Shown one piece after another: positions 25,319 to 37,518 of a stretch of 64,000 bases of DNA. The stretch spans positions 12,462,001-12,526,000 of the forward strand of contig CATNEN010000039.1 of NCBI GenBank assembly GCA_950097015.1, in the 5' to 3' direction. The stretch's first letter is position 1. Each line of letters starts with the position of its first letter. A program made the position numbers and the translations under genes. The stretch is from Macrostomum hystrix (Eukaryota; Animalia; Platyhelminthes). Below the pieces are notes generated by a model that was not told where the DNA came from, did not search any database, and was given only the letters and a program-made list of their open reading frames with translations.

Positions 25319-28300
25319 ATGACTGGTGCAACAAATCAGCAGCGCATGGTGCAGGTTTCAGTAGCCAATGCACGCAATGTATTAATTAGAATTGTTAAGA
25401 ATGAGCGTCGGCTACCGCATCCAGTCGAAATGGCCGAATTAATCAGCATTGAATGCGATTTGGAGTACAAATACAAGCCACTCAGTGTGGCCGTACTAAT
25501 TCAGAATATTAATGGGCAGCTTAGTAATGTGCGCTCCGCTTGCGTTGTGTTGCGCAACAAATTTAAGCAGCTACTACTGCCGCGTGAGGAGCGCAGCACG
25601 GATTGGTCAGTGCTAAAGGTTAGCTACTTGCGCTCGCTGCCCGAGGCGGCCCGACTGCTTGAAACCATCGGATTTGTACAGCGTGACGAGAATTTCATAG
25701 CCAATGAAGACCGAATCACTACAGAAGCTGTTGTCAATTTTCTGGTGGACATTTCTATGGTTGTTGAAGAATTGAATCTGTATTTAAGTGGCCAACACCC
25801 GCATATGGATGTCATCAAAGCTTATCTGTCTTCCACTCAGCAACAAAAGCGCGATGACCAGAAATTTAATAACTCCTTGCTAGAAGTGAAAAGTAATGAG
25901 TTGCCAGATCAGGTTGCTCTTCGCGGGATTGCTCGAAAAACTCAAGGTGCACAGCCTCCACTGCCGCCACCGAAACCAACGAAGCCGATTTCTCTGCGGT
26001 CATCGTCGCCGCCGCCGCCTACTACATCAGCTTCGGCTCCAGTTGAGCAGTCTCCACTGAAGAGGCCGGCTCAAGAACAGGTACAAAATTCGTCATCAGC
26101 GCCAATAGATTTATTGTGTGATCTGTGCGGCGATGAGCCAGTTGCTCTCGTATGCAACCACGAGGCCTGTCCCAGGCGCCACCTGTGCCTCGGCTGTGAC
26201 CAGCGCTGGCACGGCCACCCAAGCCGGCGCAGTCACAAACGCGTGGGCGCCGATACCGTTACTCTGCGACGCGAAGTTCCCATACCAGCAGTACAAGCAG
26301 CTACTCTTCCGCGGCTCAAGACCGCCTTGGAGCCCTTGGCTTCCGGTATTGGGCCGCGTCTGATCATGGCTCCCAGTGGAAAGAATTCCGTCAGCTATAT
26401 GTCTCAGTTGGGCTTATCAACGACGCATCAGCAAGAGGAGAAGCCGCAGCCGCAAAAAAGCGCAAATGATTGCGAGACAAAAACTTTAGAAGAAGAGAAG
26501 CAGAATAGTGATCAGCAGCCGAGAAAAGAAGCGATGGAAGAAACAGAAAAATGCCAAAATGAAGAACAGCAGATAAAAACGGCAGATCAAGACAGACAAG
26601 AACAAGAGAGAACACTAACTGAGATCGACGAGCAACTCGAAGAGCAGAGCCAGATAGAAGAGATAGCAACGGAGTTGACTGAGCAAACTCCAGTCTCCAG
26701 TCTCCAGTTTAAGGCGATGGACATTGCGGGAGATATTTACAATACCGGCTGCATAGCAAGCGGCAATTGGGACACGTCCGGCTTTGCCACAATGCCATCG
26801 CACAGAACTGCACCTGGCAGCTTCGGCGACAGAACCAGTCCAGGTGAGACGAGTCAAATCTTTAGGCCGCCAGTGCAGCAGCAGCAGCACCAGACTCTTT
26901 CTGCAGAAATGCGTGGTGGAGGCCACAATCTAGAGCACAATCGCAATGGGTTAAGTCGCCTCTCTCGAGTTGAAGCTAGCCTAGACTTGCGTCAAGAGGA
27001 GCTCTTGAACTACATGCAGTCTCTAAGCGTGCGTCCATGCCCGGATGTTCAGCTAGCTGCTGCGCCTTTATCAACAAGCTCTCCTACGCCGCCCGTCTCC
27101 GCATCGCCGCGGCCTGCAGCCCAGGCTGTCGCATCGACTATTATGGTACAAGTTAGTGAGGAAGAGAACGAGTCCGGGCGGGAGGATACATTTCACACGC
27201 CTACAGCTTCGCCGCCTCTTATTCGGCCTCGCCAATTGTTCACTTCAGTTGCCGCTGGCCAACCATCAGACCATGAAATGGCTGGGCCTATCTGGACATG
27301 CCCCAAATGCACTGTCAGAATACAACGCAGCGAGCTCAAGATAATCGCCAACAACCGCGCCATCTGTCCAGTGTGCAGCATGTCGTCGGATATTGATACC
27401 GTGAATGTAGATTTTGTGAATGTAGACCAAATCGTTACCAGCTTTGAGCAGAGCGAGCCGACTGCTACGTCTAGTTCTGTTTGGACTTGCCCAAATTGCA
27501 CCTTTATGAATGAAAGCAACGATTGCTGCCAGATCTGCGACTATCGTCAATCTTCATCTAAAACTGTGCTGCCGTCGGCTCCTCCTGCCGATTCCGTCGA
27601 TCTCGCCAATCGGACTGCCCGCCTGCTCGACCGACTACGCCGGGCGGATAGCAATACTGGCGACGAAATCGCCGATGCTCGCCACATAGCCGCGGCTCTA
27701 GCAGCCGATTCAAATATGTCGGACGCACAATTGACGGCCTGGGTGCGCTACGAATGGCCGCGTCGAGCTGAGCGCGTTCGCTTGGCCATCACTCGTGACT
27801 ATCTAGCGGACCGGCTCGACCTGTTGCCGCACTCAGACCAGTTGGCCTTCTCGCATCGCGAAGTATCCGAAGCCATGGCGGACTATCCGCACCTGTCCGA
27901 AATCGATTGCCAGCCAGTCGTGCAGGACCAGTGTATCCGGAGGCGCGAGCGGGTAGTCCTGGAGTTGGCTAGGCTTTATCCTAAAATGAGTAGCAGAGAT
28001 CATCACGCTGCGGCAGCCAAGGCTGATGGCAATCTGGAGCTTGCTCTCGACCATCTAAATGGTCTAGTGATGAATGACTACCTTGGTCAGTTGGCCGAAG
28101 TCAGTGACGGAGCTGACGCTGCGAGCAGCGTGACCTTCGACGGTACAGAGTTCTCATTGCACACCCTCATGGCTGAGCACGGCCTGCGCAGCGAAGCTGT
28201 TGCTAGGCGACTCACGATGCTGCACAACCACGAAGACTTCGGCCATCATCAGCTGGAGGATCTGGTTGAAGCTGTGAAGAATACGAACGCCATGCTAGAC

Positions 28301-30905
28301 GATGATAGCTGGTTAAACGAGGTTGGCGATTATCTAAACAAGGAGTGCCCAATCTGCGCCGAGCAGTACCCGCGCCATCGCTTCCTGGCCATGGTCTGCT
28401 GCGGCTGCGAGCTCTGCCAGGAGTGTTTCTACGGCTTTATCACCACCAACATGAAAGACATGCACATCACGCACCTGAACTGTCCGGTCTGCCGCTTTCC
28501 TAAAGCCAATGATGTTGAGAATCTGCAGCTGCACTTTCAGCACGTGCTGGCTCAGATTGCTCATTTTCAGCATCCGACATTGCGATTCGATCCGATGGAA
28601 GTTTTGCGAATGCAGGTGAGAAGTGCCTGTAAAAATAGTCATGGGTTACTCAGTCGTTTACTTCGTATGTAATAACGAGTTACTAATTGGGTGAAGAGCC
28701 ATTGGGATCTCAAAAAACAACAATTGTATCTCTGTCGCATGTAGCCCATCGTTGAGGGGTATCTTATCGTTAAAGTAGCCTATCGTTAATAAAGCGATAC
28801 CGTTAGCAAATCGTTCATATAGCATATCGTTCATGCTGCATATAATTACTTTAGAATATCGGTAATGTAGCATATCGTTACTTTAGAATATCGGTAATGT
28901 AGCATATCGTTAATTCAGAATATCGGTAATGTAGCCCATCGCTACTTCAGCATGTCGGTAATGTAGCATATCGTTACTTCAGAATAACAGTAATGTAGCA
29001 TATCGTTACTTCAGAATATCGGTAATGTAGCATATCGTTACTTCAGAATATCGGTAATGTAGCATATCGTTACTTTAGAATATCGGTAATGTAGCATATC
29101 GTTACTTCAGAATATCGGTAATGTAGCATATCGTTACTTTAGAATATCGGTAATGTAGCATATCGTTACTTCAGAATATCGGTAATGTAGCATATCGTTA
29201 CTTTAGAATATCGGTAATGTAGCATATCGTTAATTCAGAATATCGGTAATGTAGCATATCGTTACTTCAGAATATCGGTAATGAAGCATATCGTTAATTT
29301 AGAATATCGGTAATGTAGCATATCGTTAATTCAGAATATCGGTAATGTAGCATATCGTTACTTCAGAATATCGGTAATGTAGCATATCGTTACTTCAGAA
29401 TATCGGTAATGTAGCATATCGTTACTTCAGAATATCGGTAATGAAGCATATCGTTAATTTAGAATATCGGTAATGTAGCATATCGTTACTTCAGAATATC
29501 GGTAATGAAGCATATCGTTAATTTAGAATATCGGTAATGTAGCCCATCGCTACTTCAGCATGTCGTTAACTCAGCGCCGCATTTTTCTAATCCCAGGATC
29601 GCTTATTCGACTGGCAAGCAATGCGCAATCCAGAATTTGTGTGGTGCAGCCACTGCGGCACGGGCTTCGAGTTAGTCGCCGATAACGAAGAGCAGATGAG
29701 ATTCGCCTGCCATAATTGTCGTCGGGAAACCTGTCGCAAGTGTCGCAAGCCGTGGGAGAAGCAGCACAAGGGCCTCAACTGCGAGGACTTCGAGCGTTGG
29801 AAGCAAGACAACGATCCGGAATTCCAGACTAGAGGTGTGGCCTTCTACCTGCAGCAGAATGGCATCGAGTGCCCGGCTTGCCACTTCAAGTACGCTCTGG
29901 CCGGCGGCGGCTGCTTGCACTTCGTCTGCCGAATGTGCCGGGCCAACTTCTGCTCCGGCTGCGGCGGACTGTTCCAGCAGAACGGCAGCCAGGGCCTCGC
30001 CTGCCAGCATCCGCGCAGCTGCCTGTACTATTTGAGAGACTTCGAGATTGAAAGGTTGGAATTTCGTAATGGGTTAAAGCCTGTTTTTAACTCTTCTCAT
30101 GTTGTACTGTCCACTGTCTTGTGGTCCTTTATCAAACTGCAAACGCATAGTCCTTTAATTGGTCTCCGGTAACCCTCTGGTCCTTCAATTGTTCTTTAGT
30201 AATCCCTTGGTCCTTCAATTGGTCAGCAGTAACTCCCTGGTCCATCAATTGGTCAGCAGTAACTCCCTGGTCCTTCAATTGGTGAGCAGTAACTCCCTGG
30301 TCCTTCAATTGGTGAGCAGTAACTCCCTGGTCCTTCAATTGGTCAGCAGTAACCCTCTGGTCCTCCAATTGTTCTTCAGTAACCCTCTGGTCCTTCAATT
30401 GGTCAGCAGTAACTCCCTGGTCCTTCAATTGGTCTACAATGGTCCTTGGTCTTTCAATTGGTCAGCAGTAACTCCCTGGTCCTTCAATTGGTCAGCAGTA
30501 ACCCCATAGTCTCTAAATTGGTCCCTAGTAAGCACCGTTGTCTATGCATTCAATACCCTCAGACTCCAAAAGCTTCTTCAACTGCACAAAGTGGATTTTC
30601 GCTCCATTGTGCCCGACAACGAGGAGATTACTGAGTGCAAAGTCATGGAACAGAAGGAGACCACCGAGGGCCTGGTTGACGAGGCCTGCAGCCGTAAAGT
30701 CTCGCCAGGCCGGGCTAACCTGTGCGACAAGCACTACTCCGAGTATCTGGTGACGCTTATCAATAGGAACCGGTTGGATCCGGTTGAGATCATGACTCAG
30801 GCTGAGCTGGCCAATGTCTGCAGGCGACATAACATTGTCGTTGGTTCAACTGAGGCCAGCGAGGCTAGTTTGCGCCAAGCCATCTTGGCTAGGTGTCCAC
30901 TGTGA
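25319..30905 (+). CDS. RNF31: HOIP/RNF31-like RBR E3 ligase (LUBAC catalytic subunit), ~1365 aa; exons 25319-28615, 29597-30054, 30563-30905
   Basis: PUB-like N-terminus (...RLLETIGF); B-box CDLC..C...C...LCLGCDQRWHGHPSRRSH; NZF WTCPKC..CPVC and WTCPNCTFMN..CQICD; UBA-like AAAKADGNLELAL; RING1 ECPIC...CCGCELCQECF...CPVC; IBR FVWCSHCG...CHNC..TCRKCRKPWEKQHKGLNC; RING2 CPACHFKYALAGGGCLHFVCRMCRANFCSGC; LDD HPRSCLYYLRD...LQKLLQ...CKVMEQKE...DEAC...LCDKHYSEYLVTLIN...LDP. Splice phases are consistent. Confidence 0.92.
28845..29570. repeat. 32-bp minisatellite (TTCAGAATATCGGTAATGTAGCATATCGTTAC)n, ~22 copies, in HOIP intron 1
   Basis: Seen directly. Confidence 0.93.
30148..30525. repeat. 30-bp minisatellite (GGTCAGCAGTAACTCCCTGGTCCTTCAATT)n, ~12 copies, in HOIP intron 2
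   Basis: Seen directly. Confidence 0.92.
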
Positions 30906-31175
30906 CATTAAACACTCCATGCATACTACTCAGTAGTAGAAATGCTTCTCTTTAAAACGCTACGAGTCCTTCATGAAAATTGTATACTTTTCTACAGTTT
31001 AGAAACTAAAAACACACTTATTTCTGTTAACTCGAAAGATATAAAAACAATTATTATTGGAATTCCTTTGATTGGCAGATTCTTTTAACTTAGCGTTTAT
31101 ACGCTTCATTCTAACGCTGCCATTTTCAAATAATAAAAACAAGTTTAACCAAGTAACTACTCGAATATATACATT

Positions 31176-31830
31176 ACTGGTCGGCAAACTCTGGCCCGCG
31201 GGCCAGTTGCGGCCCTCGAAGCTCCTAAACCCGGCCCATTGCCCCTTCAAACACCTACAGTACACCTCCTGTATCTCGTCTCTCCCGTGTCTCATCTCCC
31301 CGTGTCTCATCTCTCCCGTGTCTCATCTCCCCGTGTCTCATCTCTCCCGTGTCTCATCTCTGCCGTGTCTCATCTCTCCCGTGTCTCATCTCTCCCGTGT
31401 CTCATCTCCCCGTGTCTCATCTCTCCCGTGTCTCATCTCCCCGTGTCTCATCTCTCCCGTGTCTCATCTCCCCGTGTCTCATCTCCCCGTTTCTCATCTC
31501 TCCTGTGTCTCATCTCTCCCGTGTCTCATCTCTCCCGTGTCTCATCTCTCCCGTGTCTCATCTCCCCGTGTCTCATCTCCCCGTTTCTCATCTCTCCCGT
31601 GTCTCATCTCTCCCGTGTCTCATCTCTCCCGTGTCTCATCTCCCCGTTTCTCATCTCTCCCGTGTCTCATCTCTCCCGTGTCTCATCTCTGCTGTGTCTC
31701 ATCCCTCCCGTGTCTCATCTCTCCCGTGTCTTATCTCTCCCCTATCACATATTTCTATAGTAAATGCGGCCCGCTATCGTATTATCGATTCTCTCTTTGG
31801 CCCGCTAGTAAGTAAGTTTGCCGGCCCCCG
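31176..31830. mobile_element. hAT (Charlie-like) non-autonomous element enclosing a minisatellite
   Basis: Left end GGTCGGCAAACTCTGGCCCGCGGGCCAGTTGCGGCCC; right end GCGGCCC...TGGCCC...AAGTTTGCCGGCCCC. These are imperfect TIRs with GGCCC subterminal motifs typical of hAT-Charlie MITEs. Confidence 0.65.
31270..31742. repeat. 15/16-bp pyrimidine minisatellite (TCTCATCTCTCCCGTG)n
   Basis: Seen directly; about 30 copies. Confidence 0.92.
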
Positions 31831-32184
31831 ATATATATGGTAAAATTTGTCTTACTCATTAATCGTACAATTATGTGATCATATTTTCGTTTATAAAATA
31901 GTTTCATTAAGTCATCGTTACTTCAAAATTACGTAAAAAGTGTTTTTTACTGCAATGTTTTTACTCCTGTTCCATGATTAATCATTTGTTTTACATTTTA
32001 AACGACAAAATTGTTTAGATAATAATCTGTATGTTTTTTTCAGCTTTTTATCTTGTAAGGCCATGGTAAAAGAGCTAAAATATTGAATTAGAAAATAGTG
32101 ATCATTGAATTATGATTATAATTTGCTATTTTTCATCGGTAATTTTTCCGCGTTTTTTTATTTTATCTGGCGCAATTTTAGTCA

Positions 32185-34742
32185 ATGTGTGTTCCCCTGT
32201 GTACACAGCCGTGTGTGCTCAAGGTAGGTAGTCTTTTCAATTTCCTTTATATCTCTATAAGGCTGCGGGCACAGTCGCATCCTTTGATGACACTAGACCC
32301 ACAGCCAGCGAGGAGGCAATTCTGCCCATTTCGCTGACTCCTGAGCACACACGCACACAGTTGTGTACATCTGCCTTGACTTTCTCATCGTCAGACAGTG
32401 TACACTCGAACTGTGCCTTGAATTTTGGCCCTTAAGGGCGTAAATTGCACTAGAAGACTTATCTCCGCGGCTGCGCCCTAAATAAATGTGGCCTCGTATC
32501 GGAATCGAACTCAGGGACGTTGGTGCGAGAGTTAGACCACTCTGCCCCTACAGTTAAGTTAACTCTTCTGAGCCTTTTTAAGCTTATCGAGTCCTTCTGC
32601 CTTCTCGGCCATTTTATTTAAGTATTAGCCTTTTTGACCAGCTTTATTATTATGTTTTTTCAGGCCTACGCTCTGCCACAAGGGCAACCGCTGAGGCATC
32701 TCAGCCCGGCCTCCGCTCATTCAGAGCCGGAGATGTGCAGCTTCTGCGGCGATCATCCTGTCAGGCGCATCTGCAACGAGCCGGGCTGCAGTCGCAACCG
32801 GCTCTGCGTGGGCTGCAGCGACCTGTGGCACGGACATCCGAATCGGCGCAATCATAAAGTAGAAAATGTTGAATACTCCAACGATAAGAACGCGTCTTAC
32901 TATTACTGCGGTCAGGCCGAACGCGGGATAAGTCCCCGTGGTCAGTCAGTTGCTAGGCACCAGTCCCTCATGCAACCGAATCGTCAAACTTTCAATCGAC
33001 AGTCACCAGCTTTTTATGACGGAGAAACTGCCCTGGTGAGGGCCGGAAATTCTGCCGTGGTGCCAGCTTCTGCTGAAGGTGCTGAATGGTGTTGTCCTCA
33101 CTGTACCAGCATAAATTGTCAAGCCGGGCAGACCAGATCAAAAGCCGGAGAGCGCTTAGTCTGCAAGGTTTGTGGTAAGACATCCGACCCGAATACTCTC
33201 GACGCTAGAGGCCAGGTCTCAGCTCCGCAGCTTGTTGGGCAGTATCCAGTTCGTAATCAGCTTGTATTGACTCAGGAGCCGCTGTCTATGGACACTGGGC
33301 TGCAAAGGCAGCAAGCATTGAAACCAAGCCAGGCTGTTGCTGGCAGCAAAGCCGAGCAGCCAAAGCCTCTTGAACAAAGACAGGTGAACCGCTCATACGG
33401 ACTTCAAGTTGACGGGCATCCTAATGGACTAATGCAGCAGAATGCACAGCAGTCGCATATGCAGCAACCTGCACAGAATTACGCTACCGAAGTGTCAGCT
33501 TATAGTGCAGATCTTAAAAATCCTAACAATGTGCTACCTGAGTTACAGTCCGAGCAGGAGATGTCACCACAAAGCAGTTGCGCTGAGGCCGGGCCACGGC
33601 TAGATCTTAAAGAAAAATCTGAAGCAGTTTTGCCACTCAGGCAAGATACATTCCAGAAGATTTGCAGCTTAAACATTTCTGAGACTCACAAAGAACTTCT
33701 GCTGCGGCTTGTGCAGGAAAGAAAATTCAGTGCTTTCCACTTGACTGATTTGGTGAAGGCTGTTGATTCGTGTGGCGATCTCGCATACGATGATGAGTAC
33801 TTGATTGCCTACTTGTCTAACAAGTGTGAAAAGTGCAACAAGTCGGAACCCAGACACAAGCAGGTCTGCATGTCGCAGTGCTCGTGCCAGCTGTGCCTGG
33901 ATTGTTTTCATCAGTTTGTGCTGCAGTGCATTGGGTCGAGTCAAATCGCAGACCCGATTATTTTCGCCTGCCCAGGCTGTCATCTGCCGAAGCCGGAGGA
34001 ATTCGAAAAGTTTGCTACTCACATAAACTTTCTGAACTTGCAGTTGGAAGAAATAGGTAAAATTTGTAATTGGGCTGGCCCGGGTGTCGTTGAAGAATTC
34101 GACAGAGTGAGTGCCGAATGCTGTCGAGATATGCATATCAAGACAAAGAAGTACGCTAACTCACTCACTCCAACTCAGCCAGCGTTTGAGAAGCTTAATG
34201 GTCAAGGCTTTTCTTGTCCTGGATGTAGGACGCCATACTTCAGCTCGAAATCCATTGCAGATTCAATTTCGTGTTGCAGCTGCGAACTCAAATTCTGTCC
34301 CTGTTGCAATTTTGAGCGTTCGTTGTTAACTCAAAGCCACAGTGATAATTGTTTCTTCAGTTTGAAATCGATTAGCGTCTCTGTGTTGACCTTCGCATTG
34401 AAGGAGTCCAATATCCCTTTCGAAAAGATCGCCAGTCGCAAGAGCCATAAAAATGCAGCTGAAAAAAGTGGAACAAGACCTACTGATCAAAATGATCTGT
34501 GTAAAGCCATTGACTTCAAACAAGGGATCACTAAGGGTGGCGGCTTCCTTCGATGCATGGACCGAGTCTACAGGCGTACCAGTCTATGCGAGCGGCACTA
34601 CAAAGAGTATCTTGTGGATTTGATTAACGAGAACAAAATAAATGTTCAAAATGTTGATGTCTCCAACACGTGGCGTCTTAAGAACTATTTTGCTAAAAGG
34701 GTTCACGGCGTTAAAGATTTTCTTATGAAATGGGTTGCTTAG
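32185..34742 (+). CDS. HOIP paralog 2: B-box, NZF, RING1, no IBR, catalytically dead RING2, LDD; probable exons 32185-32223 and 32664-34742
   Basis: B-box CSFCGD...LCVGCSDLWHGHPNRRNH; NZF WCCPHCTSIN..CKVC; RING1 KCEKC...CSCQLCLDCF...CPGC; RING2-like CPGCRTPYFSSKSIADSISCCSCELKFCPCC; LDD HSDNCFFSLKS...CKAIDFK...LCERHYKEYLVDLIN. The first exon is tentative. Confidence 0.82.
32260..32548 (-). mobile_element. SINE family A in the putative first intron of paralog 2
   Basis: Reverse complement of the family consensus. Confidence 0.83.
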
Positions 34743-36514
34743 AAAAAAGAATTGTGACTTTCTGACTTACTGACACTGAACTTTTGAGTGATCCAGTAAA
34801 TAGTGGCCATTTTTTATAACCAATTTACAAAATCTTCTTTTATAAAAAGTTATGATAAGCATACTGTACTATAAGATTTAGGCCAGACCAACACCCGTGT
34901 GCCATCTGCTGCTCACAGAGTCCAATATATTCTGGTACGTAGCGTTGATTGTTTAAATAGAGACTAACCAAGCCAAGCTCGGTGGAACTGGGCGTCCTTT
35001 TACATTGCGATACGAGTAAGCTACGAAGCAGTGCACTTAACAGTCGTAAAGTCGGAACCAGTACTCGTATCGTCTGAAGTTGATCCATTCAATGCTTGTC
35101 CATCATTTTTCTGGCTGTGCGGCTCCTTGAGTGGCCCGTGTGTTCCCACGGTTGCATAGTGCAATCAGTTATGAAATTCTCAGTTTCCACTACTATGGTT
35201 TAAGGGCTCCCTTTTAATCGCGCGAGATTTTCTCTCCGGCATGGGATTTATCACCATACCAATTATTGTTTGTTGTGCCTCCCTTGAGTCCTCTTCTTTG
35301 TTGTTAAACATTTTCGAGCTGGATTTAATCATGACTTATGTCATGCCACATCTCTAAAACGGCATATGGAAGTATTATTTATGTATTATGTACTATATTT
35401 ACACGCCCATCGTTAAAGTAACAGTATAGAAAGACAACGCCATTTTTCCACTTGGAGAAAGATAATAGGTAGTATTTTAACTACCCACTACCTATTTCAC
35501 AATAGCTCTCTAACCGAATGATCGATTTTTGCGAAATAGCACCCTCTGAATCAAAATTTTCCACCCTTCACGATGAACTGACTTTCAACGTCGTACGAGC
35601 CAGCATAGACGAGATATTCAGCGATGTAATTTGTCAAACAGTATTTCATTTTATTTTTGAACAGTATTATAAATACAATATAGTCAACAAAATGTAGTAG
35701 CCGACATGATTACATGATAAGATTTTGTGAGCAGACTATATTTGCCGATACTTGTGGTTCTTGCCACCAGACACCCGAACAAGAATCGTTGAATATCTCG
35801 ACGATGCCAATGTTTTGTGATTCTGGCAGTTGTCTCATCGGATAGAGCGGAAAATTTTTGGCCGTATTCTGGATTTTCATAGCGATTGGTACTACTACTA
35901 ATCAAGTTTTCTACTACTAATCAAGGTAATTTTTTCCATATACCCATTATTGCTTTGCTAAAATATGCTATCATTAATCAGGATTTTGTATCATCTTTTT
36001 CACTATCTGTGACATGTACAAAAACCTTGCTGAGTCTGGTTATTTTGCTATTTTTGTAGGACAGGTTCTATCAAGAGTATAAATTGACAAAGAATATGCG
36101 ATATGCAAAAGTTGCCATAAACTTAGAAATATCTTCGCCCTGTCTAAATTCATGCAGTGCTTTCTCTCTGATTTACTCCGGACCGGAGGGAAGTAGTACT
36201 TCGCGGCCTCGGTATCCATTTTAAGCCCCAACCAATGCGATTTTCCAACGATTTCGGATCCAATATTCGAGGATCTAATTCCGAAACACAAAATTCCTAT
36301 AGTTTTTGCACCAACAGATTTCGAGATATAAAAATGTTTCTTTTTATTCAGCTATTTTCTTTTAAATACAAGATGGATCAACTGCGGCATCTGCTTATTG
36401 CGATAAAGTTTCTTACGATCATTTTTTAAATCATTGACTGCTTGTCATACGTATGCAATTAGGCTAGGTCTTCGGAATAAGTCATTGTTATTCTAATGAT
36501 TTAGATACATGAGT

Positions 36515-36910
36515 ATAATAATAATAATAATTGAAACTAGACCCAAGGGCAAGTGCAGGTGTTGTGTGTCAAGCACACTAGCAGGTGGGGACTGCACACC
36601 TAATCTACTCCCCGGCTCTCTCGGACACCGGTTGACAGCCGCGTGTCAGCAATGGAATTTATTTTTTCCAAACATATCGGCAGCATCCAAACCCTACTTA
36701 ATTGCTGCACAGAACTGCTTTATTCCACCCTAGCCAGAACTATTATTACCCGACGAAATGTCGGTACTCATTTGCAGCTGAGTAGACTGTGTGCACATCA
36801 GGGCAAAGCAGCTTGCCAAAGGCTGCACGAATGGTTCTAGACTAGGTCGGGAGTCGAACCCAGGACCATCTGATCCAAAGTCGGACACCTTACTGACTGA
36901 GCTATCCGCC
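36515..36910 (-). mobile_element. tRNA-derived CORE-type SINE family C
   Basis: Minus strand reads GGCGGATAGCTCAGTCAGTAAG...GGTTCGACTCCCG, then CCTTTGGCAAG...CAGTCTACTCAGCTGCAAATGAGTACC, with an (ATT)n tail at ~36515-36530. Confidence 0.75.
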
Positions 36911-37518
36911 CTTAAAGATACACGAGTATCTTCAAGTAAACTTTCCGTCTGTTTTACCATAGACAATACCATCAATGCAGTTGATATGCTTTCTGAATTC
37001 AATAAAAAAATAGCAGTCTAAGCCTTTCTCATGGCCAAAAATTATATGTCTATGGCACTAAATCCTTCACTTTTGCACAAAATTTAAGAATTTTTGCATC
37101 CAGTTCAAGAGCTTTTAATTTCAGAGCGGGCAAAAAGGATTTGTTGACACAAAAAGGTGCTGATTTTTTTGATTAATTGACATCATTAAAAGCTAGGTCA
37201 ATTTTGTTGTATTATTGAGAGACTGATATTTACCGAATAGCTGTTCACTTATTATAGATATCCCTGTGCTTTGCAAGTTCCAAGCTTTCACCAATACGCT
37301 ACACTTTAAGTATTTAAGGATAAAATCATTAAGTGAGATTAGCTTGTTAGCTGGCGGATCTTTTATCAATTGAGGTTTTTAAATCTTACAAAGAAACATT
37401 TTTAACGATTTTCAGCCATTCCAAGCTCAGAGTTGGGAGAAAATCCTCACCCGGAGTCTCAGTCTTCAATAGATTTATTTCCGTTTCACGGCGCTTTAGA
37501 ATCGTCGATTTCCCGGTC

